A DNA stretch of 64,000 bases from Nitrososphaeria archaeon (lineage in GTDB: Archaea > Thermoproteota > Nitrososphaeria > JACIWG01). The stretch is from the NCBI GenBank assembly GCA_050011875.1, contig JBEKIG010000010.1, positions 1 through 64,000 on the forward strand. Direction: 5' to 3'. This document shows positions 48,682-58,324 of the stretch, in pieces (the first letter of the stretch is position 1; every line of letters begins with the position of its first letter). The position numbers and the translations under genes are program-made. The notes under the pieces were generated by a model. It searched no databases, was not told where the DNA came from, and worked only from the letters and a program-made list of their open reading frames with translations.

Positions 48682-49785
48682 GTGTCATACACTAAGGATA
48701 CCTCTGAAAGGATCTTAACGTCACTTGCAAAATATTACGGAGAAGCTAGTAGGATCAAGATTTTCAGTGCACACCTCTCTGGAGTTTCTTATGAAAACAT
48801 CGGAGATGAAGGATTATACTTTTTAAGGCAAATATCAAATAATGGCAAATTTTCAGTCTTTACAACAGCCAATCCCATGGGAGCCGATATTTATGACAAC
48901 ACCTTTGGCATTCATGATAAGTTCATCGAAAAACAGAAAGAAATTGCGCAAACACTCATTAAATTAGGTGCAGTAGAATCGTTTACGTGCACTCCCTTTG
49001 ACTATTTTCCAACTCCAAAACCGTTTTCTCATGTATCCTGGGCAGAGTCTTCAGCAGTAGTCTACGGAAATACTTTTCTTAATCTTCTTACAAACAAAGA
49101 GAGTTCATTAAGTGCGTTGGCAAGCGCAATACTAGGAGAAACCATCAATTCTGGATTACACCACCAGAAAAACCGTATACCACAAATTGGGTTCAAAATT
49201 GAACGTATTAAAAACGAAGTTGAGGCAGGCTTATATGCTTACCATATAGCCAAGTTGATTGATGTACCTTTTTCAATTAATTCTTATAAACCCATGACAT
49301 CCTTAATGAAAAAAGCCTTTTCCGGAGCCCTAGGAGCAGTAAGTAATGTTTCAGTTTTTAGATTAAACCAAGTAACGCTTCATAATCAAGAAATTAAGCC
49401 TAGTGATTTAAAAGGAGAGAAGATGGAATTGTCCACAGACGAGCCAGGAGAAATGATTATCCTTGGTTGCCCCCATTGGAACCATTATGAAATTGGGGAG
49501 TTCTTGTCAAAGCTTGGAAACAAACGTCTAAAAAAAGACTGTTTAATCGCCTGCTATAAAGGTGCATGTCAGAGATTTATAGAAAAAAATAGTACCTACA
49601 AATTTACAAAAAAACACATATTATTCTTTAAAGGAGCTTGCCCGGTCTTCTCACCGCTACTTAAGGAGTTGGGAGTTAAAAAGATAGTAACTGATTCTGT
49701 TAAGGCAGCACACTACTATAAACTAAGGGGGATCCAAGTAAACCTGAAAACCATAAATCAAATAATTAATCAGGAGGCGCAATAA
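48682..49785 (+). CDS. Aconitase X catalytic subunit, likely phosphomevalonate dehydratase large subunit
   Basis: AHLSGVSY.NIG, TCTP, WAESSAV.Y.N, GCPH. Confidence 0.9.
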   Translation: MSYTKDTSERILTSLAKYYGEASRIKIFSAHLSGVSYENIGDEGLYFLRQISNNGKFSVFTTANPMGADIYDNTFGIHDKFIEKQKEIAQTLIKLGAVESFTCTPFDYFPTPKPFSHVSWAESSAVVYGNTFLNLLTNKESSLSALASAILGETINSGLHHQKNRIPQIGFKIERIKNEVEAGLYAYHIAKLIDVPFSINSYKPMTSLMKKAFSGALGAVSNVSVFRLNQVTLHNQEIKPSDLKGEKMELSTDEPGEMIILGCPHWNHYEIGEFLSKLGNKRLKKDCLIACYKGACQRFIEKNSTYKFTKKHILFFKGACPVFSPLLKELGVKKIVTDSVKAAHYYKLRGIQVNLKTINQIINQEAQ

Positions 49786-49787
49786 TC

Positions 49788-50237
49788 ATGATAGTAGCTT
49801 CGATTAAAGGAAGAGGATTAGTTGAAGGGATCGTGCGTGGAGAAATCATTGCCACTAGACAAGCTTTATCATTTTTAGGTGGAGTAGATAGGCTAACAGG
49901 AAAGATAGTTGATCAAAAGAATGATCTCTATCAAGAAAAAGTCGGAGGTAAAGTTCTCTATATTCCCAAATCAGTTGGAAGTACCGTTGGCGCTTATGTA
50001 ATCTATGCAATGAGCAAAAGGAAGCTTGGACCCAAGGCTATCATATGCAAGGATGCAGATTCCATGCTTGTTACAGGCTGTGCAATTTCTGGAATACCAC
50101 TAATTGATGGAATAAGTTTTAGTAAACTCTTTAATTCAAAGTTATACGCTATTGTAAATGGAAATAAAGGTACATTAGATTTACTTGACGAAATGAATAA
50201 TTCTGATCAAACAGAAAGTTTGGAAATAAAGTCTTGA
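49788..50237 (+). CDS. Aconitase X swivel subunit (DUF126), likely phosphomevalonate dehydratase small subunit
   Basis: SFLGGVD..TG, GSTVG.Y, PKAI. Confidence 0.9.
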   Translation: MIVASIKGRGLVEGIVRGEIIATRQALSFLGGVDRLTGKIVDQKNDLYQEKVGGKVLYIPKSVGSTVGAYVIYAMSKRKLGPKAIICKDADSMLVTGCAISGIPLIDGISFSKLFNSKLYAIVNGNKGTLDLLDEMNNSDQTESLEIKS

Positions 50238-51496
50238 TCAATTCTAAAGAGTTCGTCGGTTACTTTTTCCACAATTCCTCTATTTTCTACAGTCGTGTAC
50301 ACCCTGAGCATGTCAACATAACCTCTGATTGCGTTCAGGACTACGTTTTCTTGAAATGGCATCATCCATACACTTTTACCTTTGGAAGATTTACTGAAAA
50401 CACAAAGTTCGTCTAGCGCTTCACGTTTTGATGATACAGGGATGGAAGGAGCTGTTGTAACATCGATGTACAGTGCTTTTTCTGAGATTTTGGCCCGATT
50501 ACTTATGGTTTTGATAAGAGTTTCACGAAAATCTTTTTGAGTTAATATCTGATATATTAGGGGGTCTTTTCTATGAATTACCTTTTCATAAACACATTTG
50601 ACTAACTTCCGATCTTGAACATCTTTGATTAATTCTTGAGATTCCTTAAGTCTTAAATCATCAGAGCCTAATATCTTGTATAAAATGGATTCATCATCCA
50701 GATTTGTTAGACCTTTAATATCTTCAAAGTTAGAGAAGTCAAGAATATCATCAGCTAGTGAAAGGGCACGAATCATCATTATTTCAGCTGCTCGAACTGT
50801 CTTATGAAAATAAACCGCTTTGAACATTTCATACCGTGAAATCATCATTGCTTCCAAAGAATAAACAGCACTGTGATCGAGCGCAAGATGACCATCTTTT
50901 TCACAAATATCAAAAGAATTTAATAACCTACTTACATCTATCTTTCCATACTCAACGCCAGTGAAGTAAGCGTCTCTTAGAACGTAATCCATAATGTCAA
51001 CGCTTAATCCACCGCTGACTATCTCATTCATAAATATAGGATCCTTCTTTGAACGACCAACGGCGAGGTCAGCTATATTTTTCGGAGAAAAACCGTACTT
51101 TTGAAGAATATCTTTTATTCCTGTTTCCTTGATCATCCTTTTTGTCAGATCTTCATGCGTTAGATTCCTTTTTGAAAATATAACTTCTTCAAACAAATGT
51201 GAAAAAGGACCATGTCCAACGTCATGCAAAAGAGCAGCTACCCTAAGCTTTTGCAGATTATCTGCGGTTATAATCTTTTTAGCAAGAAAAAGGTCACCAA
51301 TATACCCAGCGAGGTATAGGGCACCAAGAGAATGGCTGAACCTAGTATGCACTGCACAAGGGTATGCTAAATGGGCGCCTGAAAGTTGTTTTATCCGTCG
51401 TAACCTTTGAAATTCCTTTGTATCAATTAAATCGTACTCCAACTCTGTTAGTTTTATGTATCCATGCACGGGATCTTTAATCTCTAAAACTTCCAT
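50207..51496 (-). CDS. HD-domain phosphohydrolase (SAMHD1-like), core copy
   Basis: IKDPVHG, FQRLRRIKQL, HTRFSHSLG, HDVGHGPFSH, DIMDYVLRD, VYFH; follows tmk. Confidence 0.93.
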   Translation of the reverse strand: MEVLEIKDPVHGYIKLTELEYDLIDTKEFQRLRRIKQLSGAHLAYPCAVHTRFSHSLGALYLAGYIGDLFLAKKIITADNLQKLRVAALLHDVGHGPFSHLFEEVIFSKRNLTHEDLTKRMIKETGIKDILQKYGFSPKNIADLAVGRSKKDPIFMNEIVSGGLSVDIMDYVLRDAYFTGVEYGKIDVSRLLNSFDICEKDGHLALDHSAVYSLEAMMISRYEMFKAVYFHKTVRAAEIMMIRALSLADDILDFSNFEDIKGLTNLDDESILYKILGSDDLRLKESQELIKDVQDRKLVKCVYEKVIHRKDPLIYQILTQKDFRETLIKTISNRAKISEKALYIDVTTAPSIPVSSKREALDELCVFSKSSKGKSVWMMPFQENVVLNAIRGYVDMLRVYTTVENRGIVEKVTDELFRIDQDFISKLSV

Positions 51497-51509
51497 TATG
51501 AACCGATCA

Positions 51510-52106
51510 TTAGATGTGACGTTTTAACCTTTCGGAAACAGCTTTCCAAATTAAATTATGAACAGACTCTATCGACAGATTTCCGTCTACAATGACCCAC
51601 TTATTTTCACTTGCTAATTTAATAAAACACCTTCTTACACGTTCCAAATATTCAAGATCTTTCTCATGAATGTCACGATCATGCTCCTTCCTTCTGAAGG
51701 AAACATTAGGTTGAAGATCCAAAACTATCGTTAAATTTGTACGAGGCAAATGCGAATCTAAACTTTTTAACCATTGGATAGGAAGATTGTTGGCTAATCC
51801 ATAAGCCCAATTTGATTGATAATACCTATCGAACACAATTGTATATCTTTGTTCACTTAATTCTTCGATCTTAGGTTTTAACTCCCACCTGTTAGCTGAC
51901 AATAACATATGTTTCACTTCTAAAGGTACTTGAATTTCGTTTGATAATATTTTCTTAATTAGTTTGCCAACAGGTGTCTTGTAATCTGGAAAGGACATTT
52001 TAGTTGCACTAACACCATTTTCCTTTAGCTTTTCAACTAGTAATTCTGTCTGAGTCTTTTTCCCAGATTGGTCTATTCCTTCTATTGCAATTAGCGACGG
52101 CATCAT
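51510..52106 (-). CDS. tmk: Thymidylate kinase
   Basis: IEGIDQSGKKTQ, FP.Y, ANRWE, DRY..S..AYG. Confidence 0.96.
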   Translation of the reverse strand: MMPSLIAIEGIDQSGKKTQTELLVEKLKENGVSATKMSFPDYKTPVGKLIKKILSNEIQVPLEVKHMLLSANRWELKPKIEELSEQRYTIVFDRYYQSNWAYGLANNLPIQWLKSLDSHLPRTNLTIVLDLQPNVSFRRKEHDRDIHEKDLEYLERVRRCFIKLASENKWVIVDGNLSIESVHNLIWKAVSERLKRHI

Positions 52107-52161
52107 ACATTAATACATCAAAGATAGACTTAAAAAATGATGCCATTATGGGTATAAACAT

Positions 52162-53294
52162 ATGAAAAGGATAGGTTTCATCGTGAATCCCATAGCCGGG
52201 CTAGACTGAAATAGGGGCCAGGCGGCGTTTTGGGATTAAAAGGAACCGATGATCGTGTAATAGTAGAGTTAGCGATGGTAGAAAAGGTTCCGCCGACAGC
52301 CCAAAAAAAAGCCTTCGAATTCGCCGAGAAGATTGCGAAACTTATAAAAAATGATTTCTGTTTCTATACTTCTAACTCTAAAATGGGTGAAGATTATTTA
52401 CGAAAAAAAGGAATTAATTTTGAAGTAGCCTATGAATATAAAGGTAAGTTTAGCACGAGTAGAGATACTGAGAAGCTTTGTGAAAAGCTTATGACAGTTC
52501 GTGTTGAAGCAATATTTTTTGTAGGAGGAGATGGCACTGCTTGTGACATCTTCCGTGTAATAGGAAATAAAGTGCCTCTTATAGGAATACCTGCCGGAGT
52601 TAAGATGTACAGCGGCATATTTTGTACTACAGTCGATACTTCAGTCAAAGCTCTTTCCAATTTTTTGGAAGGATCTTACGAATTATGCGAAGAAGAAATA
52701 ATCGATATAAATGAAGAAAATTATAGAAAGGATGAATTTAATCTTAAAGTATATGGTTATGCTTCGACTTTAAAGGAATTGGAGAATATCCAAGGATCGA
52801 AATCGGATTATTATGGACAGGACAAGGATAATCAAGAAAGGATTGCAAAGTACTTTACAGAAAATATGGAGAAAGAAACTTATTACATATTGGGACCCGG
52901 AACTACAGTCAAGGCAATACCAAAAATGCTGAATCAACCATATACGCTCTTAGGTGTCGATATACTTCTCGAAGGAAAGGTGATTGCACGAGATGTTGAT
53001 GAAAAACACATCTTGAACATTACTAAAGGAAGGAATGTGAAACTTGTTCTGAGCCCCTTAGGTGGACAGGGGATAATACTAGGCCGAGGCAACCAGCAAA
53101 TCTCCTCTAAAGTGTTGCGAAGAATTAAAAGGCATGACTTGATATTACTAGCAACAGAAAAAAAACTAAAAGGTTTACGGAGGAATTACCTAATTGCTGA
53201 TATTGATGATAGTTTTGTTCGCAAAATATTGGGAGGATATGTACGGGTATTGGTAGATTATAACATAGAAAGGGTTCTGAAATTAACCTATTAA
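52162..53294 (+). CDS. ATP-NAD kinase family protein, intron-containing: join(52162..52204,52222..53294), 371 aa
   Basis: The spliced N-terminus [24 protein letters not shown] matches the family motif NPIAGxGGxxGLKGTD; also GGDGTA, GIPAGVKMYSG, GPGTT, LGRGNQQIS. Confidence 0.9.
52205..52221 (+). other. 17-nt BHB intron in a protein-coding gene
   Basis: GCCG-GGCT-AG^A-CTGAAATAGG-GGCC-AG^G-CGGC: outer helix GCCG/CGGC, 4-bp central helix GGCU/GGCC, two 3-nt bulges; removal restores both frame and motif. Confidence 0.88.
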
Positions 53295-53335
53295 AAAGAT
53301 TTAACCTACAATTATTTAAAGGTAGGAGCAGGAGC

Positions 53336-55432
53336 ATGAACCTAAAAAGTCTTTTTCCTAAGAGAGATTTGACTAAAAGGCTAACCATAAAAAGGGAAAA
53401 GATGTTAATTATCTACTCTATCGCAGCGATATTTACATTAAGTGTAGGAACAAGACTACTTTCTGCTCAGTACGGCTACTACTTGAACGAGTTTGACACT
53501 TATTGGCACTATCTTCAAACTCTTAACATAGTCCAAAGCATTGACCAGAAAGGTTTTTCAGGTCTATTTAATTATTTCCATTTAACAGATACGATGTCAT
53601 GGTATCCCGAAGGAAGAAACGTTGCTGCAACTTCTTTCGGTGGACTATATTATATTGGAGCTTTATCATATATTACGCTGCGAAATATATTCGGCATGAA
53701 CATAAGCTTGTATGACTATTTGGTCTTATTGCCAGTAGTAGTTGGAGGATTTATTTCAATAGCAGTTTACCTCCTAGGAAGAAAGATAGACGGTGAGGCG
53801 GTAGGTATTTTTGCAGGAATTATTACTGCTATTTCACCACCTCTAATTTCTAGAGATTCCTTTGGATGGTGGAAAACCGAACCATTTGCTTACCTTTTTG
53901 GAGTACTTGCTCTTCTTCTATTTATTTCACTGGCGGAAGAAGACCGTGTGAACCTTAAAAGCATCGCAAGTTCGTCTATTGCAGGAATCCTGCTTGGCCT
54001 TGGAACGACAATCTGGGGTGGCACAGATTACTTTATTGGTACAGTAGGACTTGCTATTTTTGTTGCCCTATTCTTCATTAAATCCTACAAAGCTCTCTTT
54101 GAAAACGTAACGGTCTTGGTGGTTTGGAGCCTAGTAATTAGCATGATGTTCCAAAAGCCAGGGTTTACCGTATTAATCAGCCCAGCAAATTTTGTAATCT
54201 ACGGTGGGTTACTGAGTTGTTTAATTCTCATTGTGAGGCAGAAGTTTACTCCTTTAGTCACAATCAGGGATAAAATATATTCAATTTTACTTTCAGCGTT
54301 ATTCGGTGTGGCACTAGCTGCATTGGGAGCCGTAGGTGGACTTAGTCAAAGATATCTTACGGTTATTTTTCCTACGTTAACTACATCAACGTCTTCTGTA
54401 GGTGAGCTCGTGTCATCCGTCGCTGAACAGACATCATCCACTGTTGTAGAATATTTTGCATATTTCTCTATAATACTGTTCATTTCAGGATTTAGTGTCT
54501 ACTACATCCTAAAGAAAGGTGAATTCAAAAAAATAGCTGCATTAATGTTCGCTGCCACAGCGATATATTTTGCTGCGTCATTTGGAAGGCTTGAAATTTA
54601 TATGAGCTTTGCGTTTCCTATTTTAGGTGGGATTGGCATTTTAGCAATTCTCAGAGCATTACTTGTCCAACCGACACAACTTTCAACCAAGAAGAGAGCT
54701 AGTAAAGGGCCTTCTAACACTAGCTTGGAGATAGTTTTCGTAATCTTCATAATAACCGTATTGCTCTGGAGTGGCATCATATGGGTTAGCTATGCGAATC
54801 AGCCGGTTTCCATAGCCACGGGATCAGTTGCAACTACAACAACGAGCTCATCCTGGCTGAACACTCTCACATACATCAGAGAAAACACGCCGCAAGACGC
54901 AGTGATCATATCTTGGTGGGATTACGGCTATTGGATAAGGGTAGTAGGTAACAGAACTACATTAATCGATAATGCAACTCTTAACGCAACTAAAATTGCG
55001 CTAGTTGGACAGATGTATATGTCAAATGAAACTGAAGCTATCAAATTAATAAAGGAGCTTGTGCCAAATAGAACGAGTATATATGTGGTAGTTTACGCCG
55101 TCACCTATCAAGAGCTTGAACAAGGCCTATATTTAATAGGTGGTGGAGGGGATGAGAGTAAATACGTTTGGATGGCAAAAATAGCACTTCTTAATTCCTC
55201 TCTCTATTTAGACCCTACAACTGGCGATCCGACAAATTATTTCTGGGCTAATACTACGCTAGGATATTTGTATCCTTTTACCCCTGAACAGGTTCAATAT
55301 GGCACACAAGTAATAACAGCCTTTGCTTACGGCCAAAAGGTAAATAAAGATCCTTACTTCACACTAGTTTATAATTCAACATTCACCTCATACGACCAAG
55401 TATTACTTTACAAAGTTAATTTACAAGGTTAA
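53336..55432 (+). CDS. aglB: Oligosaccharyltransferase AglB (STT3)
   Basis: EFD.Y, WYPEGR, SVAE and WWDYG motifs; multiple TM helices. Confidence 0.96.
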   Translation: MNLKSLFPKRDLTKRLTIKREKMLIIYSIAAIFTLSVGTRLLSAQYGYYLNEFDTYWHYLQTLNIVQSIDQKGFSGLFNYFHLTDTMSWYPEGRNVAATSFGGLYYIGALSYITLRNIFGMNISLYDYLVLLPVVVGGFISIAVYLLGRKIDGEAVGIFAGIITAISPPLISRDSFGWWKTEPFAYLFGVLALLLFISLAEEDRVNLKSIASSSIAGILLGLGTTIWGGTDYFIGTVGLAIFVALFFIKSYKALFENVTVLVVWSLVISMMFQKPGFTVLISPANFVIYGGLLSCLILIVRQKFTPLVTIRDKIYSILLSALFGVALAALGAVGGLSQRYLTVIFPTLTTSTSSVGELVSSVAEQTSSTVVEYFAYFSIILFISGFSVYYILKKGEFKKIAALMFAATAIYFAASFGRLEIYMSFAFPILGGIGILAILRALLVQPTQLSTKKRASKGPSNTSLEIVFVIFIITVLLWSGIIWVSYANQPVSIATGSVATTTTSSSWLNTLTYIRENTPQDAVIISWWDYGYWIRVVGNRTTLIDNATLNATKIALVGQMYMSNETEAIKLIKELVPNRTSIYVVVYAVTYQELEQGLYLIGGGGDESKYVWMAKIALLNSSLYLDPTTGDPTNYFWANTTLGYLYPFTPEQVQYGTQVITAFAYGQKVNKDPYFTLVYNSTFTSYDQVLLYKVNLQG

Positions 55433-55590
55433 GGTTTAGAATGCTTCAGTTTAGTTCTTAGGTAAGAATATTTATCATCAGGCGAGAATTTAGGGGGATG
55501 TGGGACTATCGTTAGGCTTCCGCATTTTGGACAGTGTTCACTTAAAGTATAAACAGCACATTTTTCGCATATTCTTAATAAGGACTTCAT
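55429..55590 (-). CDS. nop10: H/ACA RNP protein Nop10 (53 aa; absent from the ORF track)
   Basis: MKSLLRICEKCAVYTLSEHCPKCGSLTIVPHPPKFSPDDKY; follows aIF-2 alpha. Confidence 0.95.
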   Translation of the reverse strand: MKSLLRICEKCAVYTLSEHCPKCGSLTIVPHPPKFSPDDKYSYLRTKLKHSKP

Positions 55591-55603
55591 GTCTATCTGC
55601 TCT

Positions 55604-56389
55604 TTATATCCTTTTCAGGGACACCGTACACTTGTAACGTTTAGCTTCCTTTTGGACTATTTCGTTCGATTGTCTTAGGAGCTGTTCAGCAATTTTATAA
55701 TTCGGAGCCGTTATTGAAAGACGGTAATTTGGTGCGCTCACATATTTTATTGACGCCTTAACATCTTCTCGCTCCATTTTTGTTGTGGAACTCAAAATTT
55801 GCTTTATTATATCTAAGCCGTTAGAAGCTGAAGAGGAGAGTTGTATTATCTCGTTGACTACAACTGGAGGGGGAGCTAACTTTTCTTTTGCAACGTCGTA
55901 CACCTTTTGCGCAAATTCTTCTGGTAAAGATAATTTTGTTAGAATTGAAGTACCTTTTTCCAGCAACGAATCTATCATTGTATACAAAGATGGATATTCT
56001 TCGAGAATTTTTTCCTCAAAACTAGCTACTTGGCTATCAGAGAGTTTTAGATCTAATGCAACCTTCTTTATCACGCTTTTACTTTTTTCCTCTTTCTTAA
56101 GCAAAATCAACTTATCTCTTCTTTCTTCGTCTGTCAGACGTCGGAGGGAAAGGTCTACTTCTTTCCTAGCCTTGTTTATTCTAATTACTTTAAGAATTGT
56201 TTTTTGCTTCTCTTGTATAAAACGATCAATATGCTTTACCCACCCAGAGGCAATTTCGGAGATGTGTAGAAATCCCCTCACATTCTTATATTCATCAAGT
56301 GTAACATAAGCACCATAGGGCGTTATCTCCGTTACTGTCGCAAGGACAACTTCTCCTTCATCAGGGAGCAAAAGGTCTTTTCCAGACAT
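55604..56389 (-). CDS. eif2a: Translation initiation factor aIF-2 alpha
   Basis: P.EGE.V, GAYV.LDEY, HISE, DLSLRR, AP.Y. Confidence 0.96.
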   Translation of the reverse strand: MSGKDLLLPDEGEVVLATVTEITPYGAYVTLDEYKNVRGFLHISEIASGWVKHIDRFIQEKQKTILKVIRINKARKEVDLSLRRLTDEERRDKLILLKKEEKSKSVIKKVALDLKLSDSQVASFEEKILEEYPSLYTMIDSLLEKGTSILTKLSLPEEFAQKVYDVAKEKLAPPPVVVNEIIQLSSSASNGLDIIKQILSSTTKMEREDVKASIKYVSAPNYRLSITAPNYKIAEQLLRQSNEIVQKEAKRYKCTVSLKRI

Positions 56390-56435
56390 CTAATTCAAAG
56401 TAGGTAAATAATTAGGATATTATAACCTTTGAATT

Positions 56436-57191
56436 TTATTCGATTCTTGGGGCTAGATAGTAGCAAAGGTCAATTCCATATGCTCCAATCTTGAATAATA
56501 GCTTTATAGGCATCTTGGTTGAGAATTCCAATGAAACGTTTTCTGATACGGAAGATAATGAACCTATTATATCAAGTAAATGCGGTAGACTGTAGGTTGA
56601 AGTACTTTCTTCTTTTACGTCAACAGAAATTATATCTTCATTTGTTTTATCAAGAAGTATTTTGGCGTTTCCTGTATCACCTTGGCCCTCTAGTATTATT
56701 TGATCTTTCTTTGCAGAAATATTTACAGTTTCTGAGACGACTTGAACGTCGTCCAGAAGGTTCCCTAATGCTTTAGTCCTTATGACAGCCTTTGAATTAA
56801 GTGAAATCTTGGGTAACGGTGTCGATGAACTATAGGGCTCAATTAAATGAACTAAGTATTCCTTTTTATATGAGTTGACAAATTTAATCATAAGGCTGTT
56901 GTCCTTTGTTTCTAGCTCAACTTTATCGTTTGATGAAGCACGCTTTATTAATTTGACGAAATCTTCGATCTTTAATCCTATTTTTAGAGGCTGTGAACAT
57001 TCATATTTTTCAAATGCAGAATTAGGCCAGTTTAAATCTATCAGTGCAATATGCGAGGGATCCATTCCTCTAAAGTTCAGTCCTTGAGAGGTTGCTTCAA
57101 ACGTTGCTTCTTCGACGATTTTGGAGATAGCGACAGCGATTGCTTTCCATTCTTCTGGGGTTTCACTTCTTGCGACGAACATTTGGCTCAC
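56436..57191 (-). CDS. pcn: DNA sliding clamp PCNA
   Basis: EATF, MDPSH.AL, YYLAPRIE. Confidence 0.97.
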   Translation of the reverse strand: MSQMFVARSETPEEWKAIAVAISKIVEEATFEATSQGLNFRGMDPSHIALIDLNWPNSAFEKYECSQPLKIGLKIEDFVKLIKRASSNDKVELETKDNSLMIKFVNSYKKEYLVHLIEPYSSSTPLPKISLNSKAVIRTKALGNLLDDVQVVSETVNISAKKDQIILEGQGDTGNAKILLDKTNEDIISVDVKEESTSTYSLPHLLDIIGSLSSVSENVSLEFSTKMPIKLLFKIGAYGIDLCYYLAPRIE

Positions 57192-57233
57192 AATATCATA
57201 AAAATCTATGTTAATAAAAGTAACTGTAATTCC

Positions 57234-57458
57234 TTAAACAGAATCAAGTCTCTTAGTTACGCTGCCGTTGATTTTTGCCTTACCACCTGTATTCTCACAT
57301 AAAATTTCATTACAAGAAGGACATTTGATTGTTTCAGTTGATGCGGAGAATATTACCTTCTGAGCCTTACAATTGTTGCATTCCACGACATAGAAAGCAC
57401 TGTTCGGCTTTGGAACAAGAATTTTCTCCTTTTTATTCATATAAAGATCACTTTTCAA
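57234..57458 (-). CDS. rps27e: 30S ribosomal protein S27e
   Basis: P.P.S.F..V.C..C, C..C, TGGKA. Confidence 0.96.
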   Translation of the reverse strand: MKSDLYMNKKEKILVPKPNSAFYVVECNNCKAQKVIFSASTETIKCPSCNEILCENTGGKAKINGSVTKRLDSV

Positions 57459-57729
57459 CGATTTCAGCTTTCCTGAGTCTTATGCCTGGTTTCTGCAGAG
57501 TTTTACTACATTGTTTGCATTTGAGTTTTAGTGAAACTTTTTTCGTTGTCTTAGCAGTCCTAATAAGCTCAGGAAACTTTTGCCCACCATAACCTTTTCT
57601 ATCTTGCTCGTGGTGACGTGCACCAGCGGCAGAACGTCTCTCTTTTCCCTTTTTATAAATAGAAACAGTGTGCACAGTATGTGTATTACATTTTGGACAA
57701 TATGTTTTTATTTCTTTAGGTATCTTCAA
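57448..57729 (-). CDS. rpl44e: 50S ribosomal protein L44e
   Basis: TYCPKC..HT.H, GYGGQ, KTTKK. Confidence 0.97.
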   Translation of the reverse strand: MKIPKEIKTYCPKCNTHTVHTVSIYKKGKERRSAAGARHHEQDRKGYGGQKFPELIRTAKTTKKVSLKLKCKQCSKTLQKPGIRLRKAEIVEK

Positions 57730-58289
57730 GAGAGCTCCACCCAGCCTTCGCTCAACGATAACTTGTTTAAAAAGGGTTCGATATTACTATAGGGAAGAAC
57801 TGTGACATCTTCTAGTTCCAACGGACCATATTTCTGAAGATCAACGCCCATAAACGGTGGAATATCTGCCTGGACCTTAACTAGTACAGCTCTTTTAGTC
57901 ACTTTTCTCTTCATTTCATTTAAGACGCTTACGTTTCCTATTTCCATATTTTTAAGCAATTGATCAGTGGAAATCCTAAGTCGTTTATAAATTTCATACA
58001 AAAATCTTTCTTCCGGTGTCAAGTTTGAAAGCGTCAATTTTCCACTAGAATTTAGAAAAATTTTTTTAAATCTTGTTTCCAAAAGCCTTTTAATTAAAGA
58101 CATAATAAGAGATCTCTCTTCTGAAGACAAGATATTACTTATGGATTTTGAGTTATTTCCATTTTTACGACTTTGCTTAAAATAAATCGCTACATTTTCA
58201 TAAAGAGAATCATCTATTTTAGTCAAATCCGAATTTAAAACCTCTTTGATAAGGTAATCGTAAATAATATCCATATTCAATGATGACAT
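57726..58289 (-). CDS. GINS subunit (Gins15/Gins51 type)
   Basis: R..KI, LTPEE, P.F.GVD...YGP....DV..LP; located between priS and rpl44e. Confidence 0.88.
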   Translation of the reverse strand: MSSLNMDIIYDYLIKEVLNSDLTKIDDSLYENVAIYFKQSRKNGNNSKSISNILSSEERSLIMSLIKRLLETRFKKIFLNSSGKLTLSNLTPEERFLYEIYKRLRISTDQLLKNMEIGNVSVLNEMKRKVTKRAVLVKVQADIPPFMGVDLQKYGPLELEDVTVLPYSNIEPFLNKLSLSEGWVELS

Positions 58290-58324
58290 CCAGCTTTATC
58301 GTATGTCCTATAGTAGAGATGTTT

